A stretch of DNA of 64,000 nucleotides from Halodesulfurarchaeum sp. (GCA_034520565.1 JAXHNL010000002.1:1504001-1568000); one strand, 5' to 3'; counted from the first letter of the stretch, positions 41,160 to 51,432 are shown. The notes: generated from the letters alone by a model not told the origin. Numbers and translations are program-made.

Positions 41160-41900
41160 CTACCAAAAGACGCCGTTTGACTGCTCCAGCACGGCGAATT
41201 CGACTGGGGAGCCCCACGCGAGTCGCAGGGACGTATTCGCCGGGATCGTTTCGACCTCCCGATCGTCGACGACGAGCGCGATCGGGACGGTCTCACGGAC
41301 GACTTCGATTTCGATCGGTGGAGCGAGCACCCATCGCGGGTGAGCCGTTCGGAACTGACCGACCGGAACGACGCTCAGGCCGTCAACTGATGGATCGAGG
41401 ATCGGCCCGTCCACTGCAGTCCCGTAGCCGGGTGTACCGCCCGGTGCGGATATCACGACGCCGTCAGCACGCACGGTATCAACGACCGTTCCGTCGCCCT
41501 TAGTCGTCCGGAACTCGGATATCCGGGCCGGCTCGGCCGTCACGGCCATCACGTCCATGAGGGCACGGAACTCTTCTTCGCCCAACGAAACGTCGATGGT
41601 AGGGATTGCAACCGACTCGATCACGCCGTTCGTCAGCGATTCGAGGCTGGCTGCGAACGCTGTTTCGGGCACCGACGGCACGCCTGCACCGATCCCCACC
41701 GGGACAATTCCCGAGTTGATACCCGCCCGAAAGACGGAGAGTAGTGCGGTTTCTCCAACCGGCAGCACGTACTCGAGTTCGCTCTCCCGTTTCACAGCGT
41801 CTTCGGCAGATTTCAGATGGACGAGTTCGGGACCGTCGGCTGTCCGACTGAAGCGATCGTGACCGGTCCGGTTTTCCGGATCGAATAGCCCGACTTTCAT
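41160..41900 (-). CDS. NAD kinase-like protein (degenerate motifs)
   Basis: ADGVVISAPGGTPGY..DGPIL resembles NAD kinase C-domain; GGDG and NE motifs replaced (VGE, MD). Confidence 0.7.
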   Translation of the reverse strand: MKVGLFDPENRTGHDRFSRTADGPELVHLKSAEDAVKRESELEYVLPVGETALLSVFRAGINSGIVPVGIGAGVPSVPETAFAASLESLTNGVIESVAIPTIDVSLGEEEFRALMDVMAVTAEPARISEFRTTKGDGTVVDTVRADGVVISAPGGTPGYGTAVDGPILDPSVDGLSVVPVGQFRTAHPRWVLAPPIEIEVVRETVPIALVVDDREVETIPANTSLRLAWGSPVEFAVLEQSNGVFW

Positions 41901-41979
41901 CAAACGCCCTCCCCGTTCATTGCTGGTGGTTTGATTCCGCCCGGCAAAAGGCTGCGGGGTGCTGTCACGTGTTGCACGA

Positions 41980-42640
41980 TCACTCGGCCTCCTCGCGTGG
42001 CGATGCCGGACAGATGTCTTCGAGGAACGCAGTCCGTACAGTCCGGCGAACGGGCCGTACAGACCGCCCGTCCGTGGGAGATCAGCCAATGGGTGAACAA
42101 CTTCCAGTCGGATTCCGGAACGAGCTCGAGGAGATCCTGCTCGATTTTTTCCGGGGTAGTCTCCTCGGTGAGCGCGAGGCGACGTGAGAGCCGCTGGACG
42201 TGGGTGTCGACGGCGATCCCCGAGGCGATGTCGTGCCCGTGTTGCAAGACGACGTTCGCCGTTTTTCGCCCCACTCCAGGCAAGGTCGTCAGCTCATCCA
42301 TCGTGTCCGGCACCCGTCCGTCGTAGTCCTCCAGGAGCCGGTCGCCGATACCGACGAGATACGACGCTTTGCTGTTGGGGTACGTGCAGGAACCGATGAC
42401 GTCCGCGACGGTTTCTTCCTGGGCGGTGGCGAAATCCTCGGGCGTTCGATACGCCTCGAACAGTGCGTCCGTGATTTCGTTCACCCGATCGTCGGTGCAC
42501 TGAGCCGAGAGCACCACCGCAATCAGTAGTTCGAATCGGTTCGAGAAATCCAGCGAAATGGTCGCGTCGGGATACGCCTCCCGCAGTCGCTCGATCACGA
42601 CGGCCGTCTGTTCGCGTCGATCGTCCAGCGGCGTGCCCAT
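41980..42640 (-). CDS. nth: Endonuclease III; +1 frameshift near 42025
   Basis: LSAQCTD, LPGVGRKTAN HhH, AVDTHV, CTARSPDCTDC; removing one base restores VLEDICPAS (fourth Fe-S Cys) and a stop at 41980. Confidence 0.93.
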
Positions 42641-42763
42641 ACCGGGGCGTGGGCAGGGGGCAACTTGAGCCGTTCGACACGGGCCACCGCCGCGGATTGT
42701 TGGTTGGAGACCGTCTGCAGCCGGGTTGGGAATGCTTAATGGGTCGGCCGGAAAAGTCCCGCT

Positions 42764-44065
42764 ATGGGACTGCGAACCGTCTTGTCGGGGTCGGCGGTGA
42801 CGAGACTCACCGAACCGGTCGACCCCAGATTCGAACTGGCCGCACTCGCCGGGAAAGACGAGTCACGTCCACTCGTCTTTGAGTCAGTGGCTGGCTATCC
42901 GGACGTCAGTGCCGTGACGAACGTGGTCTCCTCACGGGACCGGATTGCCGAGTCGCTGGAAATCGACCCGGGTACCATCATCGGGGCGTTGACTCAGGCC
43001 ACGACGGATCCTCGCCCGCTTGCAGCACCCACGGCCCCCCGGTTCGAACACGTCGCCGATTCGCCGAACGTGGCGGAGTACGTTCCGATCCCGACCTATT
43101 ACGCCGAGCACGAGCGTCAGTACGTCGCTTCCGGTATCGTCATTGCCAGGGATCCGGACACGGACGTTCACAATCTCTCCTTCCATCGGCTGATGTACGA
43201 TGGCGGTTCCGAGTTCGTCATGCGGCTGGTCGAACGCCACCTCCACGACATCCGGGAGCGGACCGACGGCCCCCTCGATGTTGCCATCGTCGTCGGGGTT
43301 CATCCGGCCGTCGAGCTCGCTGCTGCGACGTCGGGCAGCCCCGACATGAGCGAGCTGGAGGTCGCCAATGCGCTTCTCGACGGCGACCTGAAAACGACGA
43401 CGGTGAATGGCATTACCGTCCCCGCCGAGGCCGAGTGGGTGATGACCGGACGGATTCTCGACGAAACCCGGGCCGAAGGGCCGTTCGTGGACCTTTCCGA
43501 GACCTGGGACACCATCCGCCAGCAACCGGTCGTGGAAATCTCGGCGCTGCACCTGCGACCGGATCCCATCATCAGGGTCGTCGTTCCGGGCAGGCGGGAG
43601 CACGCACACCTGATGGGTCTCCCGCAGGAACCGCGCATCCATCGAATCGTCCAGAACACCGTTCCGACCGTGCAGGAGGTCGTGCTCACGCCGGGTGGCT
43701 GTTCCTGGCTCCATGGGGTCGTCTCGATCGAGAAGCGGACCGAGGGCGACGCGAAGAACGCCGGCATGGCCGCACTTGCCGCTCACCCGTCGATGAAACG
43801 CGCTGTGGTCGTCGACCACGACATCAATCCCGCCGATCCGGATGCCGTCGAATGGGCGATTGCGACACGAGTACAACCGGACCGGGACATCACGACCATC
43901 GAAAACACGAAGGGATCCTCGCTCGATCCGTCACAGGACTTCGAGACGGGTACGCTCACCAAGTGGATCGTCGATGCCACGATTCCCGAGAACCGGGATC
44001 GGGCCGATTTCGCTGAAGCGACCGTCCCGGGGGTTGAAGACGTCTCGCTCGAAGCGTACCGATGA
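42764..44065 (+). CDS. UbiD-family prFMN decarboxylase, likely anhydromevalonate phosphate decarboxylase
   Basis: NLSFHRL, RLVERHL, PAEAE, EGPFVD, GGCSWLHGVVSI, AHPSMK..VVD.DI, VEWAIATR, GSSLDPS; directly upstream of AcnX genes. Confidence 0.88.
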   Translation: MGLRTVLSGSAVTRLTEPVDPRFELAALAGKDESRPLVFESVAGYPDVSAVTNVVSSRDRIAESLEIDPGTIIGALTQATTDPRPLAAPTAPRFEHVADSPNVAEYVPIPTYYAEHERQYVASGIVIARDPDTDVHNLSFHRLMYDGGSEFVMRLVERHLHDIRERTDGPLDVAIVVGVHPAVELAAATSGSPDMSELEVANALLDGDLKTTTVNGITVPAEAEWVMTGRILDETRAEGPFVDLSETWDTIRQQPVVEISALHLRPDPIIRVVVPGRREHAHLMGLPQEPRIHRIVQNTVPTVQEVVLTPGGCSWLHGVVSIEKRTEGDAKNAGMAALAAHPSMKRAVVVDHDINPADPDAVEWAIATRVQPDRDITTIENTKGSSLDPSQDFETGTLTKWIVDATIPENRDRADFAEATVPGVEDVSLEAYR

Positions 44066-44090
44066 TACCATATTACACTCCCCACTAACG

Positions 44091-45278
44091 ATGTCAATGG
44101 ATCTCACGACCGAGGAGGAAGCACTGCTCGAATCCGACGTTCCGGCGGTTCGAAAGTCGATGGAACTGCTCGTGCGGCTCGGTGATATCTACGGGGCCGA
44201 GGAGTTCGTCGAGATCGGTTCGGCCCAGGCCTCCGGGATCTCCTACAAGTCGATCGGCGACCCCGGCGTCGAATTTCTCGAAGGATTCGCCGAAGAAGGT
44301 GCAACGGTGCAGGTCCAGACCTTCGCAAACCCGGCCGGAATGGACATCGAGCGCTGGGAGGAGATGGGCGTCAGCGAGGAGTTTGCCACCCAACAGCGAC
44401 GGATCGTTGCCGCGCTGCGGGAGATGGGCGTGACCGTCTCGTTTACCTGCACCCCCTATCTCGCGGGGAACCTTCCCGGACCGAACGAACACATCGCGTG
44501 GGCCGAATCCTCCGCGGTTTCGTTTGCAAACAGCGTCATCGGCGCCAAAACGAACCGGGAAGGAGGTCCGTCAGCGCTCGCGGCGGCGATCACCGGGCGG
44601 ACGCCGAAACACGGGCTCCACCTCGATGAAAATCGGGAGCCGACCTACCTGATCGAGGTCGATGTTCCACTGGAGACGCAGGCGGACTTCGCCGCGCTTG
44701 GCTCCTGGACCGGACGAATCGTCGAAGACGGCAAGCCGTTCTTCGCCGGCGTAAACGGGGCGACGACGGACCAGTTGAAGTCCCTCGGCGCTGCAATGGC
44801 CGCGACTGGCGCGGTCGCCCTGCACTTCGTGGGCGGCGTGACGACTGAAAAAGCCCCGCCCGAGGACGTCGAAACCCTCCAGTTCGGGGCGGCGGAGCTC
44901 GAAGGGGAGTACGGTGACCTCTCGGCTACCGAGGACACCGACCTCATCGTGTTTGGCTGTCCCCACGCCTCGGTCGACGAGATCGGGACGGTCGCGGATC
45001 GACTCGACGGCGAATCCCTCGACCGGGACCTCTGGGTCTGCACCAGCCGCTCGGTGAAATCCCAGGCCGATCGGATGGGCTACACCGAATCGATCGAAGA
45101 CGCGGGCGGAATGGTCCTCAGTGACACCTGTAACGTCGTCGCACCGATCGAGGAGTTAGGGTACGAGTCCTCTGCGACAGATTCGGCGAAAGCCGCGAGT
45201 TATCTCCCCGGATTCGGGAACCAGACGGTGCGCTTTGACGACAAGCTCTCGCTGCTCGAGGAGGCGATCGAGGAATGA
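44091..45278 (+). CDS. Aconitase X catalytic subunit, likely phosphomevalonate dehydratase large subunit
   Basis: SYKSIGD, NPAG, TCTPY, AWAESSAV, NSVIGAKTNREGGP, GCPH, DTC (three Fe-S Cys). Confidence 0.9.
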   Translation: MSMDLTTEEEALLESDVPAVRKSMELLVRLGDIYGAEEFVEIGSAQASGISYKSIGDPGVEFLEGFAEEGATVQVQTFANPAGMDIERWEEMGVSEEFATQQRRIVAALREMGVTVSFTCTPYLAGNLPGPNEHIAWAESSAVSFANSVIGAKTNREGGPSALAAAITGRTPKHGLHLDENREPTYLIEVDVPLETQADFAALGSWTGRIVEDGKPFFAGVNGATTDQLKSLGAAMAATGAVALHFVGGVTTEKAPPEDVETLQFGAAELEGEYGDLSATEDTDLIVFGCPHASVDEIGTVADRLDGESLDRDLWVCTSRSVKSQADRMGYTESIEDAGGMVLSDTCNVVAPIEELGYESSATDSAKAASYLPGFGNQTVRFDDKLSLLEEAIEE

Positions 45279-45704
45279 GTTCGGATACCGACGCCGGGAC
45301 GACCGCCGAGGGACGAACCATTGCAGAGGGCGTCGGCGAGGGGGAGGTACTCGTCTCTCCAGAGCCGATCAGTTTCTACGGGGCAGTGGACACGAAGACC
45401 GGCGAGTTCATCGAGGAAGACCACCATCTGACCGGGAAGAACATCGCCGGCAAGGTGCTCGTCTTCCCGAAGGGGAAGGGCTCGACTGTCGGCTCGTACG
45501 TCATTTACGGGCTCGGCACAGGAGGGCACTGCCCCGGCAGCGATAGTCAATCACGAAACCGAGACGATCGTGGCCACGGGGGCGATCCTCGGCGAGGTAC
45601 CGTGTCTCGACGGTATCGAGGATGCGGTCTCTCGGTTCTCGGACGGGGATCGCGTCCGGGTGGACGCGAGCGAAGGGACGATAACCAGACTCGACAATGA
45701 GTGA
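45275..45704 (+). CDS. Aconitase X swivel subunit (DUF126), likely phosphomevalonate dehydratase small subunit; +1 frameshift near 45515
   Basis: ISFYGAVD..TG, GKVLVFPKGKGSTVGSY; removing one G restores GLAQEGTAPAAIVNHETETIVATGAIL...VRVDASEG with stop at 45704. Confidence 0.88.
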
Positions 45705-46296
45705 GTCACCCCCCGAACGCGAACGTCTCGTTGTCGGCCTCTCGGGAGCCTCGGGGATCCCGCTCGGTGTCGAAACGATTCGGGCCCTGAGCGACCACTT
45801 CGCCGTGCACACGGTCGTCACGGACGGCGCACGAGCGGTTATGGAACACGAGACCGATTCGGAAGCGGCGACGATGGAAACCATCGAGGCGGCCTCGGAA
45901 CGCGTCTACGACGGCTCGGAACTGGCAGCGCCGATATCATCGGGGACAGTAGACACAGCGGGGATGGTGGTCGTCCCGGCATCCATGAAATCCGTCGCGG
46001 CGATCGCCAACGGCTACGCCGAAAACCTGCTCGTGCGGGCGGCTGACGTCACGCTCAAGGAGGATCGGCAACTGGTGGTGGTTCCCCGCGAATCCCCGCT
46101 CAACGAGGCCCATCTCGAAAACCTGCTCGCGCTCCGGAAGCGGGGAGTGGCCGTCGTTCCGCCGGTACTCGGCTTTTACTACGACCCGGCGGGAATCGAC
46201 GACGTCATCGACCGGATCGTTGGGACGGTCCTGGATCGTTTCGACGTGAATCACGATCGGTACGTGGCGTGGAATCCGGACGAGACGTCCGAGTAA
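45697..46296 (+). CDS. ubiX: Flavin prenyltransferase
   Basis: VGLSGASG, APISSG, VPASMKSVA, RAADVTLKE, RESPL, PPVLGFY. Confidence 0.93.
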   Translation: MSESPPERERLVVGLSGASGIPLGVETIRALSDHFAVHTVVTDGARAVMEHETDSEAATMETIEAASERVYDGSELAAPISSGTVDTAGMVVVPASMKSVAAIANGYAENLLVRAADVTLKEDRQLVVVPRESPLNEAHLENLLALRKRGVAVVPPVLGFYYDPAGIDDVIDRIVGTVLDRFDVNHDRYVAWNPDETSE

Positions 46297-46375
46297 TCGT
46301 TCTCCGGTCCCTTCGAAACGAGCAGCGGTTCAGGCATGCGTGATGTTTATGCGCCGTCCGCACCCCTCACCGAGC

Positions 46376-47356
46376 ATGAAGGCCACCGCCCGGGCACATC
46401 CCATTCAGGGGCTCGTCAAGTATCACGGGCTCCGGGATATGGCGCTTCGGTACCCGTATCACGACAGCATCAGCGTGGCAACTGCACCAGCCGAGACCGT
46501 TACCACCGTTTCGTTCGACACCGATCTCGACGCCTCGCGGTACGTCGTCGACGGCGAGGAACTCACGGGAGACGGCGCGTCCCGGGTAACGCGAGTCATC
46601 GACCGTGTTCGGGAGATTGCCGAGGACCCGGCTCTGGACGGACCGGTAAAACTGGTCAGTCAAAACACGATGCCGACGAACGTGGGTTTGGGCTCCTCGT
46701 CCTCGGGCTTTGCTGCGGCCGCGATGGCCGCCGTCGAAGCCGCCGGACTCGATCTCTCGCTGCCCGAAATCTCGACGATCGCCCGGTTGGGATCGGCTTC
46801 GGCTGCCCGTTCGGTGACCGGTGGCTTTTCGGACCTCCGGGCCGGAACGACGGACGAAGATTGCCGTTCGGAGCGCATTCGGTCGCCACTCGAGGACGAT
46901 CTCGAAATCGTGGTCGGAATCGTTTCGGCCTACAAGGAGACGGGATGGGCCCACGAGGAGGCGACCGAAAGCCACCTCTGGCAGTCCCGACTGGCTCACG
47001 TCCACGACCAGTTGGCCGCGATGCGGCAGGCACTCCGGGAGGGCGATTTCGGGACGGCTTTCGAGGTCGCAGAACACGACACGTTGAGTCTCGCCGCGAC
47101 GACGATGACCGGGCCCGAGGCGTGGATCTACTGGAAGCCGCGAACGCTGGAGATCTTCGAGCGCGTTCGAACCCTTCGCGAGGACGGGATTCTGGCGTAC
47201 TTCTCGACTGATACGGGGGCGACCGTGTACGTGAACACGACGAGCGAGTACGTCGATCGGGTCGAACAAGCGGTCGCGGAGGTTGGCGTCGAAACCCGCA
47301 CCTGGGCGGTTGGTGGCCCGGCGACGGTGCTTCCCAACTCGGAAGCACTCTTCTGA
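46376..47356 (+). CDS. mvaD: Phosphomevalonate decarboxylase (haloarchaea-type, GHMP family)
   Basis: MKATARAHPIQGLVKYHG, PYHDSISV, GLGSSSSGFAA, GSASAARSVTGG, FSTDTGA. Confidence 0.92.
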   Translation: MKATARAHPIQGLVKYHGLRDMALRYPYHDSISVATAPAETVTTVSFDTDLDASRYVVDGEELTGDGASRVTRVIDRVREIAEDPALDGPVKLVSQNTMPTNVGLGSSSSGFAAAAMAAVEAAGLDLSLPEISTIARLGSASAARSVTGGFSDLRAGTTDEDCRSERIRSPLEDDLEIVVGIVSAYKETGWAHEEATESHLWQSRLAHVHDQLAAMRQALREGDFGTAFEVAEHDTLSLAATTMTGPEAWIYWKPRTLEIFERVRTLREDGILAYFSTDTGATVYVNTTSEYVDRVEQAVAEVGVETRTWAVGGPATVLPNSEALF

Positions 47357-47443
47357 AAATCCGACAGTCCCTTTGCGAAGGCACGTTCGCGAACCCGCAC
47401 CGGCCCGAACGACCTTTTGCTATAGAGGTCATACGGACGCCTA

Positions 47444-48497
47444 ATGTCGTCACCGACTGCGCCCACTGAGGACATCGAGGGCGTGATGGCGACCCTCGCC
47501 AGAGATCGGGACGGTGATATCGTCGAGTGTACCGCCTGTGCCCACCGGTGCAAACTCGACCCCGGTCAACGCGGCATCTGCCGGGTTCGGCAGAACGTCG
47601 ACGGGGCATTTTGGTTGCTCACCTACGGGAAGGTGTACGATACGCCGTTCGGCCCCGCTGGAACGATCGATCCCGTGGAGAAAAAGCCGCTCTATCACTT
47701 CAAACCGGGATCTGACGTCTTGAGCTTCGGTGGAGCGTCCTGCAATTTCGCCTGTCAGTTCTGTCAGAACAATCATCTCGCGTTCAGTCCCCCGGAGGAG
47801 CTGGAACTGCGGGACGTCTCGCCCGAAGAGGCCGTCGAAAGTGCGATCGAACAGGGGGCAGACGGCCTTGCGTGGACGTACAACGAACCGACCATCTACG
47901 CGGAGTACGTTCGGGATGGCGCGAAAGCCGCTAAAGCGGCCGGGCGCTACACCGCACTTGTTTCGAATGGCTACTTCACCGAGGAGTTTCTCGAGGAAGT
48001 CGGCCCCCACATCGACGCGATCAACATCGACGTCAAGGGATTCCGGGAGGGCCCGCATCAGAAGTACATGGGAAGCCAGTTGCAACCGACCCTGGATTCG
48101 GTCGAACGGGTCGCCGAGCGGGATATCCATCTCGAAGTGACCTATCTCGTCATTCCGGACCTCAACGACGATCCCGAAGAGCTGCAGGAATTCGCCGACT
48201 GGGTACGGGGAATCGATCCCTCGATTCCGGTCCACTTCTCCCGATTCCATCCCGATCACGAGATGCGGGATCGACCACCGACGCCGATGTCGACCCTCGA
48301 ACGAGCCCACGAGATCGCGGTCGATGCCGGTCTGGAGTACGTGTACGTCGGGAACATCAGAGACCAACGATTCAACTCGACGCTCTGTCCCGACTGTGAC
48401 CAGACCTGGGTCAGGCGGGCTGGCTTCGATTCAGACGGCTGTCGTGAATCTCGACGAATCGTGTCCCTGTGGCCGGGAGATCGACGTCGTCACGTGA
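47444..48497 (+). CDS. AmmeMemoRadiSam-type radical SAM enzyme (PflA-like); +1 frameshift near 48430
   Basis: CTACAHRC..GICRVR, DPVEKKPLYHF, CNFACQFCQN, YNEP, HFSRFHP, YVYVGN; shifted tail CPCGREIDVVT ends at 48497. Confidence 0.88.
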
Positions 48498-48549
48498 TCG
48501 GCGTCTTCCCGTTCGGGTAGCCTAACAACCCGGGTGTCGTAGTGAACCC

Positions 48550-49248
48550 ATGAGCGATTCGGATCCGGACCGAGCGGCACCACACTCGGCCGCCGAACTG
48601 CGAGCAGCAGTCGTTTCGGGGCTCCCGGACCTGGCGGAGCTGACACCGGGCCGGACTGGAAACCTGAGCGTTCGGTCCGGGGCAACGATCGCGGTCACTC
48701 CATCCGGTGTTCCGTATTCCGAAATCGAGCCGAGTGACGTTCCGCTGCTCACGATCGATGGGGACCGACAAGCTGGCGCGCTCGAGCCGAGTTCCGAGAC
48801 GCCGATGCATCTCGGAATCTATCGATCACTGGCTGTGGGATCGATCGTTCACGTCCATTCCCCCTGGGCGACGACCCTGGCCGTCCTCGGCGAGGAACTT
48901 CCCCCGGTCCACTACCTGCTCGCGGCTGCCGGCGGAACGGTTCCTGTCGCACCCTATGCACCCTTCGGCTCGACGGAACTCGCCGGGAACGCGGTCACAG
49001 CAATGGAAGCTGCTGGCACGACCGCCTGCCTGCTCGCGAATCACGGGTTGATCGCTGGGGGCACTGACATCGATGACGCACTCGAGACGGCGATCGCCGT
49101 CGAATCGACGGCTCAAATGTTTCTGCAAGCCGCGTCTGTCGGCGATCCAGTCGAGTTGACCGACCGGGAGATGGAGGAAGCAATGAAACGATTCGAAACC
49201 TACGGCCAGTCCGAATCGACTCCCCAGCACGGGACCGACGTCGAGTGA
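48550..49248 (+). CDS. Class II aldolase (FucA/Ald2-like)
   Basis: GNLSVR, TPSG, PSSETPMH, HVHSP, LANHG. Confidence 0.9.
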   Translation: MSDSDPDRAAPHSAAELRAAVVSGLPDLAELTPGRTGNLSVRSGATIAVTPSGVPYSEIEPSDVPLLTIDGDRQAGALEPSSETPMHLGIYRSLAVGSIVHVHSPWATTLAVLGEELPPVHYLLAAAGGTVPVAPYAPFGSTELAGNAVTAMEAAGTTACLLANHGLIAGGTDIDDALETAIAVESTAQMFLQAASVGDPVELTDREMEEAMKRFETYGQSESTPQHGTDVE

Positions 49249-49318
49249 GCGGAGCCATTTCGCGTCGATCTCCGGTCGAACGTGTACATTGATACATGGA
49301 GGCAGGAAATTTGGGAGT

Positions 49319-50373
49319 ATGCGAACGATCTCCTGGGACGCCGACTGTGCCTGCATCGAGATGGTCGATCAGACGGCGCTTCCGGTGGACTTCAAACGGA
49401 TTCACGTCGAAACGATTCCGGATCTCGTCGAAAGCATCGACGTGTTGCGCGTCCGAGGAGCGCCTGCCCTGGGCGCTGCCGGCGCCTATGGAGTCGCGCT
49501 GTCGGCCCATCGCCGATCGGAGTCGGATCGAGCATCGCTACTTGCGGCCATCGAATCGGACGCCGAGGTGATCGCGACGGCGAGGCCGACGGCTGTCAAC
49601 CTCGAAAAGGGCGTCGAGGAGGCACTCTCGGCTGCCCGAGCAGGGACGCCCCCCAGCAGATCCGGCGGTTGGCACTTGATGCCGCCGAGGCCCTTGCGGA
49701 CCGGGACGTCGAGCGAAACAAGGCGATTGGCGAGCACGGTGCGGAGCTGCTCGGCGCCGGCGACACGGTCATGACCCACTGTAACGCCGGTGCCCTGGCG
49801 ACGGTCGACTGGGGCACGGCACTGGGGATCGTGTATTCTGCTTGCGAGGCCGGAACGGACATCGACGTCGTGGCCAACGAAACTCGACCGCTCAACCAGG
49901 GGGCGCGAATCACGACGACGGAACTGATGGAGCGGGACGTACCGACGACGTTGATCCCCGACAACGCGAGTGGCCTCCTCATGCAGGAGGGGGAGATCGA
50001 CGCGGTGGTCGTCGGGGCCGATCGGGTGGTTCTCGACGGTGGATCAACCTTCGGGGACCAGGGTGTCGTGTTCAACAAGATCGGGACGTACAAACACGCA
50101 GTACTGGCCGATCGCCACGACGTCCCCTTCATCGTCGCTGCCCCCATCGCCACCGTCGATACCGACCGGGACGCCGATGCGGTCGAAATCGAGGAGCGGG
50201 ATTCGACCGAACTCCGGAAGATCTATGGAACGCAGAACGCCCCCGAGAACGTCCCCGTGCGAAACCCGGCCTTCGACGCGACACCGATGGAACTCGTCGA
50301 TTACTTCGTGACCGAGGCTGGCGTCCATGAGCCACCGCTTGCAAAATCGCAGTTCGAAACCGAGTTGGCCTAA
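49319..50373 (+). CDS. mtnA: Methylthioribose-1-phosphate isomerase; frameshift near the C6 run at 49649-49654
   Basis: DQTALP, VRGAPALG, ARPTAVNL (ORF 49289..49774) plus THCNAGALAT, ETRPLNQGAR, GADR, NKIGTY, NPAFD (ORF 49282..50373). Confidence 0.88.
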
Positions 50374-50438
50374 TTGTTGGAAGACGAATCCGAACCGATC
50401 CCGGCAGGTACAAGGTGAAAACCCGACGAGTATGGGGT

Positions 50439-51413
50439 ATGCTCGGAAAAGTGCCGCCGGAGGCTCTCGCGGCACACGTTTTCGACCGCCACGGGGCAAC
50501 GCTGGACTCGGTTCGACAGGGCCCAGCCTACGGCGAAGACGCGGCGGCGATCCAAGTGGAGGACGGGACGTTGGTCGTCAGTTCCGACCCGCTGTCCCTC
50601 GCTGCGGATCGGGTTGGAACCCTTGCGGTCCACGTGGCCTGTAACGACGTCGCCGCTGCGGGGGGTGACCCGACGTGGTTGACGAACATCGTATTCCTCC
50701 CCGGTGATGCGGATTCGTCGGTGCTCGAGCGAATCACGAAACAGGTGGACGAGGCGGCTGCCGAGATGGGCGTCGCCGTCGTTGGAGGTCATTCGGAATA
50801 CAACCCGAGCCTCGACAGACCGCTTCTGACGATGACCTGTCTGGGAATGGGAGATCCGTTCGTTCCGACCGGGGGCGCAAATCCCGGGGACGCTGTAATC
50901 CTCACGAAAGGGGCTGGTATCGAGGGGACGGCGATCCTTGCGACGGATTTCGAAGCTGAACTCCTCGAGGCGGGCGTGAACCCCGAAATCATTGCCCGAG
51001 CAGCGGACTATTACGACGATATCGGCGTCACACCTGAGGGCAAGATCGTCCGTTCGTGGGCCACGGCCATGCACGACCCGACCGAAGGTGGGCTGATCGA
51101 TGCGCTTCTCGAACTGGCGAGCGCGTCCGACGTGGCCCTCGAGGTCGATCCTGACGCGATTCTCGTCAGGGAGCCGACAGCGACTCTCACCGACGCGATG
51201 GACGTCGATCCCCTCCGTATTTTCGGATCGGGGGCGCTCCTGGCGACGGTGCCGGAGCCCGATCTCGAGACGGTTCGCTCCGCGCTCGCTGAAGCAGATA
51301 TCGAAGCCGCCCACATCGGACGGGTCACAGCGGGTGAGTCGGGAGTGCTCACGCTTGGCAGTAAGCGGTTTACCGAACCGGTCCGCGACGACATGTATCG
51401 GCTCTGGGAGTAG
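50439..51413 (+). CDS. AIR synthase-related (PurM/HypE/ThiL-like) protein
   Basis: GEDAA, SSDP, ACNDVAAAG, GGHSE, MHDPTEGG. Confidence 0.85.
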   Translation: MLGKVPPEALAAHVFDRHGATLDSVRQGPAYGEDAAAIQVEDGTLVVSSDPLSLAADRVGTLAVHVACNDVAAAGGDPTWLTNIVFLPGDADSSVLERITKQVDEAAAEMGVAVVGGHSEYNPSLDRPLLTMTCLGMGDPFVPTGGANPGDAVILTKGAGIEGTAILATDFEAELLEAGVNPEIIARAADYYDDIGVTPEGKIVRSWATAMHDPTEGGLIDALLELASASDVALEVDPDAILVREPTATLTDAMDVDPLRIFGSGALLATVPEPDLETVRSALAEADIEAAHIGRVTAGESGVLTLGSKRFTEPVRDDMYRLWE

Positions 51414-51420
51414 CACCGCT

Positions 51421-51432
51421 GGGGGGGGGGGG
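51421..51432. repeat. Intergenic G12 homopolymer
   Basis: Twelve consecutive G just after the stop at 51413. Confidence 0.85.

Noticed and set aside
42764-46296. UbiD/UbiX as quinone biosynthesis or aromatic acid decarboxylase
   Set aside because: Both flank the two AcnX subunits and abut mvaD, which fits the archaeal mevalonate pathway better; not formally excluded.
51421-51432. G12 tract as phase-variation switch
   Set aside because: Intergenic between convergent 3' ends, and homopolymer length is unreliable in this assembly.
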